A stretch of 64,000 nt of DNA from Cyanophora paradoxa CCMP329 (lineage: Eukaryota > Plantae > Glaucophyta): positions 62,001-126,000 of the forward strand of contig QPMI01000571.1 of assembly GCA_004431415.1 (NCBI GenBank), in the 5' to 3' direction. Position numbers and translations under genes: made by a program. The notes under the pieces are model-generated. The model was not told where the DNA came from, ran no database searches, and saw only the letters and a program-made list of their open reading frames with translations. Shown here in pieces: positions 25,872-37,000 of the stretch. Every line of letters begins with the position of its first letter. Positions within the stretch are counted from its first letter, which is position 1.

Positions 25872-26485
25872 GGCGGGGGCGCCTGGTAGGCGTGGAAGAT
25901 CGCCCCGAGGCTGCTCCGGACGAGGATTTCGAACTCCTGTCCGCGGAGGCGGTGCTCGTACAGCTGCCGCGCGCGTAAGCGAACGGCAGCGCAAGCGGCA
26001 GCGCGTGGGCGCCGAACCTCCTTCTTGTACTGGCGGCGGAGGGCGAAGGGCAGCAGCTGTCAGCGGAGAGCCGCGAGCCGGCGCGGCCGCGGCGGGCAGG
26101 CGCGGTCACCTTAAGCACGTTCTCCTCGGTCGACAGGAACCACTGCGGGGCCGAGCGGAGCTACGTGTCAGGAATGCCACACGGCTGCCGCGGACGAGCC
26201 GACCTGCACATCGCCCGCATTCTCGCACACCGGGAGGTCCGCTTCGTCACCTAACGCATCCCCAGGGCGTGCGGGAAGGTTGAACTTGTCGTACTGGCCG
26301 ACGGTCTGGAGAGGACACACGTTGGATCGCGCCTCAAAATGAACGCAGGCGCGGCCGACCTGACGTTGCTGTGCAGATTGCTTTGCCCGCTCCTTCTCCG
26401 GTCGCGTGTCATCGCCGTACGTGGCGGTGTTGGCAGTCGGGGCGGGCGGTCGCGGAGGTGGCGTTGAAGCCGCCGCGGAGCTCAT
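22728..26485 (-). CDS. ELMO/CED-12 domain protein with Pro-rich C-terminal tail
   Basis: ELMO hallmarks HEALLMRLW, QWSKLGFQGMDPATDFRGMGLLGLHNLVYF, YPFAAAGINITRML, AFEELYCLAFQVLDRIW, ATYLDFPRVL; ATG 26485; exact 3' end in the Pro-rich tail is uncertain. Confidence 0.85.
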
Positions 26486-26688
26486 CGCTCGCCGCAGCCG
26501 CGGCAGCGCTCCTCAATGCCGGCCGACACGACCAGCGGCCGCCTCGGCGCGGATTCGCGGTCGATGCTGCTTTTTTTCACCAGCCGGGTACACTGCCAAG
26601 ATCAAAAGTTCCAAACTGCATGCGGGCACTCCGGATCCCGCTTTTTGTACGCGTTCAGGTTTGTTGGCACGCACGCGCGACTTCGATG

Positions 26689-29600
26689 CTAAGATATCGA
26701 GCACGCCTTCGAGCCCCCGGCCCCGCCCCCCGCCGCTGCCGCAGCCCGGAGCTCCTCGGCTCTCCTGCGCGCCCGCGCGAGCCGCTCCCGCCGCTCCGCA
26801 GCCGCCCGCTCCAGCGCGGGTATGTCAGAAGCCGCCGGAAGCTGCCCAGCGGCCGCTCCAGGGGCCGCGCGCTGCCCGGCGCCGGTTAGAGAAGTCGAGG
26901 GACGGGACACGCATACGCGGGGCCGCGCACCCCAGCTGATGCCGGGCGGGGCGCCGCCGCCGCCGCCGCCGAGGCCGCTGCCGATGCCGCCAGGCTCGGC
27001 AGGGACTGCACAAGTGCCTCCAAGTTCTGCGGGCGGAGTCAGAGCCGGCGCCGAAGGAGCGGGCACCGGTCGCCAAGCGGGCGGAGGCGCGGCGCGGGGC
27101 GGGCCGATAGGAGGGCCACGTTGCCCTTCGTGATGTAGACGTAGGGCTCCGCGTCCGGGAACAGGCCCTCCAGCACCTGTACGGGGGTACCGAGTTAGAG
27201 TTAGGGGGGTAGAGCGCCCGCTAGACCGGCCGGGGTACGCGCCTGCAGTTCCGAGACCACCACGGGCTTGAGCGGCCGCTTGTTCAGCTCCGCCAGCTGC
27301 CGCGCGGATCAGGAGGGTACCGCGAGGGGCGGAGGGTACGCGCGCCTGGAAGCGGTCCCGGAGAAGAGGGTCCGCGAGGGCGGCGGGGGAGAGGAGGGGT
27401 ACGAACGCCGCGCACTGCCGCCGGCCGCGTCAGGCGGGGGGATGAAAGAAACTGGGGGGTATCCGTCCCGAACCTTGACGACGGCTTGTGTGCCCTCGTC
27501 GCCGCTGGCGGCGCCGCCGGCGGACTGCGGGCGCTGGGCGCCGCCGCCGGAGCACTCGAGCCAGCAGCGGCGGCCGCGGTGGGCCAGGCCCCGCACGAAC
27601 TGGCCCGCGAAGGCCGCGTCCTGCCCCCGCGCTCCTTCAGAGAGGAGAAGCTTAAGGCGCGGGCTCGAGTGCTGCGGGGCGCGGACCGCGGCGTGGCACC
27701 AGACGAAGAGGAAGGGGGCGGGGTCCGCCAGGGCGCAGCGGGCCCCCGGCGAGGCGAGGAGCGCCGCCGCCGCCTGCGCGAGGGCCTCCTGCTGGCCCGC
27801 GGCGCTTGTCCCGCCGGCGCCGCCCGTGGCGAGGCGCTGGGCGAGGGTGAGGGCGAAGGGCGGCAGGCCCGACGCGAAGAGGGCGTCCCTGCAGGCGGCG
27901 GCGTCAGTTTCGGCGCCGGGGAGGGCGACCCGCGGTGCCTCTGGCGCCGGCGCCGGCTCCGGCGACGCACGTGGAGAGATCTCTGCAGAGCCGCGGGCGG
28001 GCGTCAGGAAGCAGCGGCGCGGGGCGGGGCGGGGCGGAGCGGGTCGGGCGAGGGAGGGCGAAAGGGCGCACGCAAACTGCTGCTTCATGAGCGCCCCCTT
28101 CGCGTGCGAGCGTTGTCAGGAGGTGTGTGCGTGTGTGCGGGGCGAAGGAAGCTTTTAAGGAAGGGGGAGGCGGACCTGCAGCTGGTCGTCGAGGGCGCAC
28201 TTCTCGCGCCAGACGGGGTACACGGGCCTCCCCAGGCGCCGGGCGGCAGCCAGCTGCGCCCGGCACCGCGCCGAGGCCGCCCCCGCCGCGCTGCGCGGCC
28301 CCGCCGGCTCAGCGACCGCCGGGTACCCCCCTGAAGCTGAAGAGGGGTACCTGACGACGAAGATGAGGGCCTGGGCCTTGCGGAGGCCGGCCGCCTCCTG
28401 CGAAGCGAACGAAGTCGTCGGCGGCAGATGCGAACGAAGTGATCGGAGCGGAGGGGGCGCACGTCGGCCTCCGTGGCGTCGTCCAGCGCGCACTGCGGGG
28501 CGAATCCTCAGAACGGGCAAGCGGGTCTATTTATAGAACGGAATTTGATCCGCACGGTGACGTGGGCGGCCTCGAGGCCCTGGAGGAGCCGCCGGGCGAA
28601 CGAAGCGTCCTCGGGCGCGTGCCTGCGCGCGGAGGCTGGGGCTCGGGGGGTACACGAGAGAGACAGGGCGGGGTACGCACGAGAAGAAGGCGTCGCGGAG
28701 GCCGCCCGCCCGCTTCAGCGCGGCCTGCGGGGGGCACCGGGGCGTCACGGGGGTACGCTGGAAAGGCGTTAAGGGGTACGCCGGACCTGGAAGGTGACGT
28801 CGGGGTGGGCCTGGACCACCATCCTGCGGCGAGAACGTGAGAGGGGGGGGGGGGACGGCGGGGCTGGCGCGGGGTACAGCGCACTTGCGGTTCGGCCCCT
28901 GCCCGATCGTCCGGGCCGGGTCGGCGCCTGCGCGGGGCCCTCGGCGATGGCGAAGCCATCAAAAATGAGCTCAAAAAGGAGAGGCGTACCCCGCTGCATG
29001 AGGCGGACGCAGACGTCGAGCATGGCGGGGCCGTGCGAGACGGCGTTGAGGAGCGGCGTCCGCTCCTTCCCGTCCGCCGCGCTGCGCCGCGCGCTCAGGG
29101 GAGGCGGAGGGAGGGGCGGGGCGGGGCGGGGCGGGGCGGGGCCGCACTCGAGGGCGGAGGCGGGGGCGGCCTCTGCGAGGCGCAGCGCCGCGAGGCGGAA
29201 TCCGTGCCTGCAGCGGCGCCTCAGGCTCGAAACGAACGCTCGCGCGGGCGAGCAGCGTCGGGCTCGCCGGCAGGCGGCGTGGAGCGCGGTCTCGCCCTCC
29301 TCGGGGGCCGCGCCCTGGGCCCCCTCGGGGTCCTCCTCGCCCCCGTCGTCCTCCTCCCCGCTCAGGCGCATGTTGCGGCCCCGGAACTTGCGCAGCTGAG
29401 CGCCGGCCTCAGTTTGAGGTGCGCATCCAAAGGGGTAAAGGTTCGGACCGCGAGGCGACCCTCGAGGGAGAGGACGCGGAGGGCGCCGTTGACGAGGGCC
29501 CGCATGGCGCCGCCCCGCGGGCCCGAGGCCGCCCCCAGCGCCGGCGCGAAGTCCCCCGTCCAGAAGGTCCCCTCGCAGTGCAGCGCCAGGTCCAGGCACG

Positions 29601-32600
29601 CCCTTCGGGGGGCAAGTTCAACGTTCGGACGGGACGGGGTTGGAAAGGGGCGCCGCGGGGATTCGAACCGGAGCTCCTCGAGGAGGCCGTCCTTCGCCAC
29701 CCCCGCGGCCGCCTTCAGGAACCTGCGCGGGCCTTCAGGGGGTACAGGTGCGGACGGCACCGATTCGGATCGCCGCGTACCCCCCCGCCTTGCCGTAGAG
29801 CCGCGGGTCGCGGTGAAGGTTGCGGTGCATGCTGAGCTCCTTGGCCCGCTGCGGTACCCCCCGCAGGACGGGGGGCCGGGGCAGCCCGCCTTTGCTGTAC
29901 GCCTCCGTCTCGAGGCGGATCAGGTGCCTGTGAGAGAGTGAGAGGGGTGGGGGCGCGAGGGCGGGGCGGGGCGCGCGATCGGATGGAGACGGAGCGGGCG
30001 GCGCCGAGGGGCGGCATGCCCTCCTCGTTCTGCGCGTCCAGCGAGGCCCCCGCCTGGAGCAGCGCATCCACAAGCAGCGCGCTCCCCTCGTAGTGCCCGC
30101 ACGCCCTGCCCCGCCACCCGGCTCAGCCCCGGCCCGGGCGGAAGAGGGGGTTACCGGAAAGAAAGAACGCACTCGTGGAGTGGCTCGCCGCCCGGCGGCG
30201 CGTTTGCGCTGTTTCGCTTCCGCACACAGTCCACCTTGGCGCCGCTGGGTACGCGCATCAAATCTCGAGACGAAGAAGAGCGAAGATAATTCAGCGGGGG
30301 GTACCGTTGGAGGAGAAGGCGAACGGTCGCCAGATCCTCCTCCTTTTTCGCGCCGCCGGCGGTCAGGACCGCCCACGCCAGGGGGGTACCCAGGTCCAGG
30401 ACCTCCATGTTCACGTCCGCGCCCTGCCGGGGCCCTTTTCAGAAAGGAAAGGGTAGGAGAGGGGGGTACGGCACCTTGTCGAGGAGCAGCTGGACGATGG
30501 GGAGGGGCCGGGCCTTGCAGTACATCCGGTCCGAGTACCCCGTCCCTGAAGATGGATTCCTTCAGAGGAGGCTGGAGGGGTACGTCTAGTCCGGGTGTGC
30601 AAGGGGGTACCGCACCGTCGTACGGTCCGCAGCCGCAGGCAAGGTGCAGGGGTGAGCCCCAGTAAATCGCCTCGTTGGGATCCGCCCCCGCGTCCAAAAG
30701 CACCCTTGGGGGGGGGGGGGGGGGGGGGGGATGAGCGGCCGGGGTACGGGTCCCTAGTAGGCAGCGGCGCACCGGATGGTCTCGTCGTCGCATTTGTAGA
30801 GGAACGCCTGCGGGAAAACGGGCGTCTGGTGGGTTCGAACCCGCGCACGGGGAGGGGGCGGGCCTGGGCGAGGAGGCCGTCCGTGGGGGCCCCCGCGGCC
30901 AGCAGCTCCTTCATCGCCGCCGGGTTCCGCAGCGCCGTCTGCGTCGGCGGCCTGCGAACGAAGTCGGTCGGCCGGCGGGGTACAGGCCGGTCCGGTTCGA
31001 GTCTCGTACCCCGGGGCGTCCGAGGCGTCGTCGCCCTCGTTGCGGGGGCAGTTGCCCAGGTCCGGCTTCCGCTCAAGGATTGCCCTGCCCGGGATCGGAC
31101 CGGGGTGGGGCGGGGCGGGACGGGGCGGGGCGGGGCGGGGCGGGGCGCACCGGACAACGGCCCCGGAGCTCGAACGCGAGGCGAGGTTCAGGGCCTGCGG
31201 GGGGGGACCGGTTTCTCTTAGAAAAAACCGAAAGGGGTAGGGCGGGATAGAGCGGGGCGGGGGGTACGCGCGCGCCTGCCAGGCGCCCTTGTTGGCGGCG
31301 TGGACGGAGGCGCCGCGGGCCAGCAGCTCGAGGACGACCGCGTCGGGGGCGCCGTGGCTCAGGGCCGCCAGCAGGGGCGTGTTCCCCCGGTCCCCGTCCT
31401 TTGCCTCCAGGTCCGCCCCGGCATCCAGAAGGACCCTGGCCGTGGAGGGGGATGAAGGGGGAAGGGGGGTAGAGGCGCTGAAGGGGGGTACCGGACGGTC
31501 TCGAGGACGTCGCTCTCGAGGAGTGCGCGCGCCGCCGCGTGCAGCGGCTCGTCCCCCTCGGGGGGAGAGCCCCGCCCGAGGCCCAGGACCTCCCTGTACC
31601 CCCCGCCCCGTCGGGCTCCCGCTGTGGCGGAGGGCGAGGGGGGGGCCGGCGGGGGGGTACGCACTTGTCGCAGGAGGCGGCGAGGTGGAGGGGGGTAAAG
31701 CCGGCGCCGGCGCCCCCGACGGGCTTGGAGGGCAGCGAGGGGGGTACGCCCATCTCCAGGAGGGCCCGCACGCAGGCGGGTCGCGCCGACCCGGCCGCCG
31801 CGTGAATTGCGGCGCGGCCCCCCCGCGCGCCCCGCTGCGGACCGGCGTGAGCGGCCTTAGGAGCTGCGCGGCGCCCGCCCCGCCCCGCCCCGCCCTGCCC
31901 CGCGCCACGCGCCTGGTTCCGATTGTTCTGCTGCTTGGGGGCCGCCTTATCGGCCCTGAGCGGCGCCACGAGGCTCACCCCGAGCGCCGCGAGGACCCTG
32001 CCGGCGAACACGCGGTCAGCGAGGCGGCGACTGCGGGCGCGGGAAGGAGGAAGAGGGCGGGAAAGGGGGCCGCCCGCACTTAAGGACGTCGACGTGGCCC
32101 TCGGAGGCGGCGAGGAGCGCGGCGTAGGGCCCGCGGCCCGCCACGTCGGCGCCCCTCTTCGCGAGCAGCTGGACGCACGCCGCGTGGCCCCGCTCCGCCG
32201 CGAGTTCCAGGGCCGATGCCTGCCCTCGCCGCGTCAGGGACAGGGGGGGTGGAGGAGACAGAGGGGGGGAGCGGGTGCGCGCCGGCTCGAGCTCGGAGCG
32301 CTCGCGGGAGATGACGCCCCGCGCGTTGGCGTCGGCGCCGCGGTCGAGGAGGAGCTCGATGACCTCGGCGTGGCCCCCCGCCGCCGCCTCCAGCAGGCTC
32401 GGCCACGGCCCGTCCGAGCCGCGGCCCCGATCCTCGTCTTCGCCCTCGCGATCGGCCGGCGGCTCCCCGTCCCGGGCGCCGGCCCCGCGATCCAGGAGGT
32501 ACCTACAACGCGTGGCGTCACGGTGAATCGGGGCGGTACCCCCCCACGGGGCGCCCGCACCGGACGGCCTCGAGGTGGCCGTAGCGGGCGGCGAGGTTCA

Positions 32601-33973
32601 GGGGCGTCCCGAGCTGCCTCGCGAGGACCCGCACCGGCTCCTTGCGCTCCTCCACGAGGAACCGGAGCACCTCCAGGCGGCCCGCCCCCGCCGCCCCGTG
32701 CAGCGGCAGCGGTCGTTTCGAGACGAGGAGGCCCCCTGGGCCTTCCTTCGGGGCCTCCTCCTCCTCCTCCTCCTCCTCCTCCTCGCCCTCTGCCCTCGGA
32801 GGCTTCTTCGGCTTGCGCTCAAGGAGGTACCTGCGAGGCCGCGGCGCTCGGGAACGGGTTGGGACGGGGCGGGAGGAAGGGCACCGGACGAGCTCGACGC
32901 TGCCGCTCTCGGCGGCGCAGAAGGCGGCGACATGGGCGAGTGGGTGGTAGGCGCCCGCGAAAATCACCGTGTCGCGCTCGTGCTGCGGGCAGCTCCACGC
33001 CCCCTTCTTCCTGCGCTCATCCTCATCTTCCGCCGCCGGAAGCGGCGCCGGCCACGAGTCCAGGAGTAGCCTGCCGGGGCCGGGGCGGGGCGGGGCGGGC
33101 GGGGCGAGCGTGAGGGCCGGTCCGGGGGGGGCAAGACCGTGGGGGCGCCGGGGCCCGGACCGGGTGAGGACGAGGCTGCCGGCGCGGGCGGCGGCGAGGA
33201 CGACTCCGGCGTAGCTCCGCGTCGGCCACGCGGCCTGCGAGCGGTACGGCAGCTCGTCATCGAAGCCCTGCCGCCCCGCCAGCAGCCTCCTACCGCCGCC
33301 CGCGCCCGCGCCCGTCAGCCGCGCCGCCCGCGGCGCCGGCGAAGCCGCGGCGGCGCTCGGCCGCACTTGAGCGCGTCGGCGTCCCCCGTGCTGGCCGCCT
33401 TGTACAGCGCGCACGGCTCGGCGCCGTAGTCGGTGGGCGGCGCCCCGCGGCCGATGAGCAGCCTGCGGGGGCGCGCGCGGGGAAAGCTGAGTAATCGCAA
33501 CTCAGGTTTTCTGAGAGATCTCACCTAAGAACTGCCGCGTGCCCGCCGCTGGCTGCGTGCCAGAGCGGCGTGCGGCCGGCCGAGTCTGGAGCGGTGATGA
33601 GGAAGCGCGACTGAGCCCCGCGGTCCAGCAGGAGGCTGCGGAGACAAGGAGCTTAAGTTCGACGTGCAGGCAGCTCGTTAAAGCGCTCAAGGCGAGTGCA
33701 AAGGCCGCGGCTCGCGCTGGCCGCGGGATATCGATCCGGACAAGTCGCACCGGCAGGCATCCACGTCGCCGATAGACGCAGCGTACGCGAGCGGCTGCAC
33801 GAGCAGCCGGGCGTCAGACTGCGGCGGCCGTGCGGGGATGCTGAAGGCCGGGTGCGCACGGTTTTGCCGTCGGACGCACGCGCGACGTGCGGGTCCTTCT
33901 GAAGATCGGCACCCTCTGCATACTTGCTCCAGAACGCCGCCAGGCCGCCCTGGGAGCCGAAGCTCGCTCCCAT
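26689..33973 (-). CDS. Ankyrin-repeat / tandem TIR / coiled-coil / CaaX protein, paralog A (first TIR has Gln at the catalytic Glu position)
   Basis: Ankyrin exons PLAYAASIGDVDACR, GRTPLWHAASGGHAAVLR, PLHGAAGAGRLEVLRFLV, GTPLNLAARYGHLEAVR, GNTPLLAALSHG, GETALHAACR; TIR1 DAFFSHAPEDASFARRLLQGLEAAHVTCALDD...LIFVVSAAGAASARCRAQLAAARRLGRPVYPVW; TIR2 CAAFVPLLSPAALADPLLRDRFQLAELNKRPLKPV; ends GSKACSIS-stop at 26689. Confidence 0.8.
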
Positions 33974-34088
33974 GACCTTCCCGAAATTTGATCGGAGGCT
34001 CGCTTACGGTGTCGGCGGTGTCGCTTGAGCCGGGATACGGATAATTCGGGCGCGGACTGTCCAGGCCCGCACGCGCGCGGCCCAGCAG
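33974..34088. promoter_or_regulatory. Probable bidirectional promoter shared by the two ankyrin-TIR genes
   Basis: Only 115 bp between the divergent predicted start codons at 33973 (-) and 34089 (+). Confidence 0.5.
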
Positions 34089-37000
34089 ATGGCTGGAGAG
34101 ATGGACCAGGATGCGGCCGACGAGGCGCTTATCTTGGCCGCTGCTGCCGGGGACGTTCGCTCGATAAGGTGCGCCCGCCTGCGCTTGCGAATGCGTGCGC
34201 TTACAGCCGCCGCCGAGCTCGGGCGTGTCTAGTGCATAGAGATGAGCTCACGTGCTTTGCAGAGACCTCCTCTCGCGGGGGGCTTCCCCGAACGCGTTTT
34301 CGAGGCGGCCGCTGAAGCGAGCGGACGGCAAGGCGATCCCTGTTGGCCGTTCCGCGCTGCATGAGGCGGCGCAAGTCGGGCATGTAGAAGCGCTGCGGTA
34401 TGCCCGCTTGCGGCCGCCGCGCGGGATCTCTTCAAGTTCTGCGCAGGCGCTGACTTTTGATCTTTCTCCGCTTGCAGCACGCTGCTCGACGCGCCGCACG
34501 CCGACGCGAACTCGCGCTACATCGCCGGCCCCGATCAGTCTCGGGACCCGGGCCCCGCGCCGCTAGACATGGCGGCGGCGGCGAACCGCCCGGCGGCCGT
34601 GCAGCTCCTGCTCGACCGCGGCGCCGACGGGCTGCAGGGTGCCCTTTTCGGCGCCGTACGGGCCAATTCCGACACGGGGGACGCCGTGCGGTACGCTTCG
34701 GAGGCCCTCGCTGCGCCCGCGGGCCGCCGACGAACACGCGGGCGGGCGCAGGTTGCTGCTCGAGCGCGGGGCGAAGGCGGGAGAGAGGGAGTTAAGCTAT
34801 GCTGCACAGGCGGGGAATGCGGGGGCCCTCCGGTGCGGTCGGCCCGCCCCGCCCCGCCCCATCGCCGCCGCCGCCGCCTCACGGAGGTCTAACGGGCGCA
34901 GGGCGGTCCTGGGAGCGATGCCGGCGGGCGAGGCGCGAACGAAGGCGATCGAATCCTGCGGCTTCTCGGCGGCCCGCGGCGGCAGCGGCGAGGTCGTACG
35001 GCGCGCCGTACCCCCCCTTTCCCCCCCCCCCCTCCGCCTGCCCGCCCCCCTCCGCCTGCCCGCCCTCGTCGGTTCAGGCCCTGACCGGCCCTCCAGACTC
35101 CTAGCGGCGGCGGGTATGCCTCCGGAAGGGGAGATCTCCCGGGACGGGTACACGTTCGTGGGGCTCGCCGCCGTCGAAGGGAAGCTCGAGACCGTCACGT
35201 GCGATCCGCCCCCCGCCCCCCGCCCCCCCCCCCCCCCCCGCCCCGCCCCCCCCCCGTTCCCCCCTCGCGGCTCGCTGGGCCGGGCCGAGCGGATACGGGT
35301 ACGGGCCGCAGGGCTCTCGTGGAGATGGGCGCGAGGATCGCCGGCATCGTCGTACCCGGGGCCAAGGGCGGCCCCCGCCCCGACGTCATCTCCTGGGCCG
35401 CCGAAGGGGGCGATCCCGCCGTGATCCGGTGCGCGCCGGACCGGCGGTCCCATAAACTTAGCACGCCGGCCCAGCTGAGCGCCGGGCCGATCAGGTACCT
35501 CCTCTCGCGCGGGGCGGACCTGGAGGCGCGGGACGGGGAGGGGATGACCCCGCTCCTGAAGGCGGCCGCCTGCGGGCACGGCCCCGCCGTCGAGGCCCTC
35601 GCCGATGCCGGCGCCGACGTCGCCGCCCGCGAGACGGGGCCCTACGGGGCGCCCCTGCCCGAGGGCCGGGCGGCCCGCGGCGTGCCGGACTTGGCCCCGG
35701 CGCTCTCGCACCCCGGCGTCCTGCGGCTCCTGGGGGCCCGCGGCATCCCCTACGACCTCGCCGCGCAGGAGTCCGTCTTCGTCCGGGGCGCCTTCCCGAT
35801 CGTCCGCCAGAAGGCCCGCCCGCGTGCCCTCACTTAAGCTTCGAGTCTTAAGCTTTTAGCTAAATCTTCAACTGAGCTGTACGGCAGTTGATGCGGACGC
35901 CGCTGGGGCACGCCGCCAAGCGCGGGGACGCCGAAGCCGTCCGGTGCGCCCCGCCCCCGCCTCCCGACCCCTTCATCTTCGCCTCGCCTCCGGTCCCGCT
36001 TCATCCGCGCTCAGGGCGCTGCTGGCGGCGGGGGCGGACCCGAACGTCCCCGCGACGCTCATCCAGTGGAGCATGCGCCGCGAGGAGTCTCAGTGCGCTC
36101 GCCTCGTCCCGGCGCCCGTTAGTCCCTTTAGTTTCGACCGAATCGGGTGCTATGAGCTTCCGGATGCCAATGCCCCAACCCCTTCTGGCCCGCCGTGGGG
36201 AGGCTCACGCGCGCCGCTGATACGGGCCGGGGGCGCAGGCACCCGTCCTCTACCCCCCTCCACGACGCAGCCAGCGACGGCTTCTCCGACGTCGTTCGGT
36301 GCGCCGTACCCCCTCTCCCGCTGCCCCCGCCCGCCCGCCGGCGAGCGAGCGTGCGGGCGCTGCCGCAGGCTGCTGGTGGCGGGCGGGGCGGACATGGCGG
36401 CGCGCCACGCGGGCAGGCGGCCCCTGGAAGCCGCCATCGCCGCGGGCCGCACCGACGCCGCCCGGTGCCTTCCTCCCGCTCCCGCCCTCCTCCTAGCCTT
36501 TTTTATCACATCTAACCGCCCTCTAATCTAAACGCGCTTGCTACCAGGGCGCTCCTGGAGCTCGGCTGCCCCGTGGACGACGCGGCATACGCGGCGGAGG
36601 AGGAGGGGCAGAGGGCGCCCGAGGCCGCGCTGCCCCTCGCCGCCGAGCGCGGCGACCTCGAGCTCGTCCGGTGCGCAGTCTCCCTCTGAAGAGGCCGGGG
36701 CGCCATCTCTCTTTCTAGCCTGTCTTTCTGTCTGTCTGAGCTGCTGGGGCCAGGGAGCTGCTGGCGCGGGGCGCCTCGCCGGGGGCGCGGCACGGGCACA
36801 AGGCGGGGCCCTACGAGCTGGCCGCCCTGGGCGGCCACTTCGAAGTCCTCCGGTAAATCTTTGGGCCGCCTCTCTCTCTCTCTTTCTGAGGGGAGGCGGG
36901 CGGGCGGGCAGGGAGTTGGTGGCGAGGGCGGCGCCCCCCGCGGAGGTCGTCGAGGGCATCGCGGCGGGCGCCGCGCGCGAGGGCTCGGCCGCCTGCCTCC

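Noticed and set aside
33953-33973. N-myristoylation of TIR paralog A (MGASFGS)
   Set aside because: Gly2 is present but position 6 is Gly rather than the favoured Ser/Thr, and the start codon is unconfirmed
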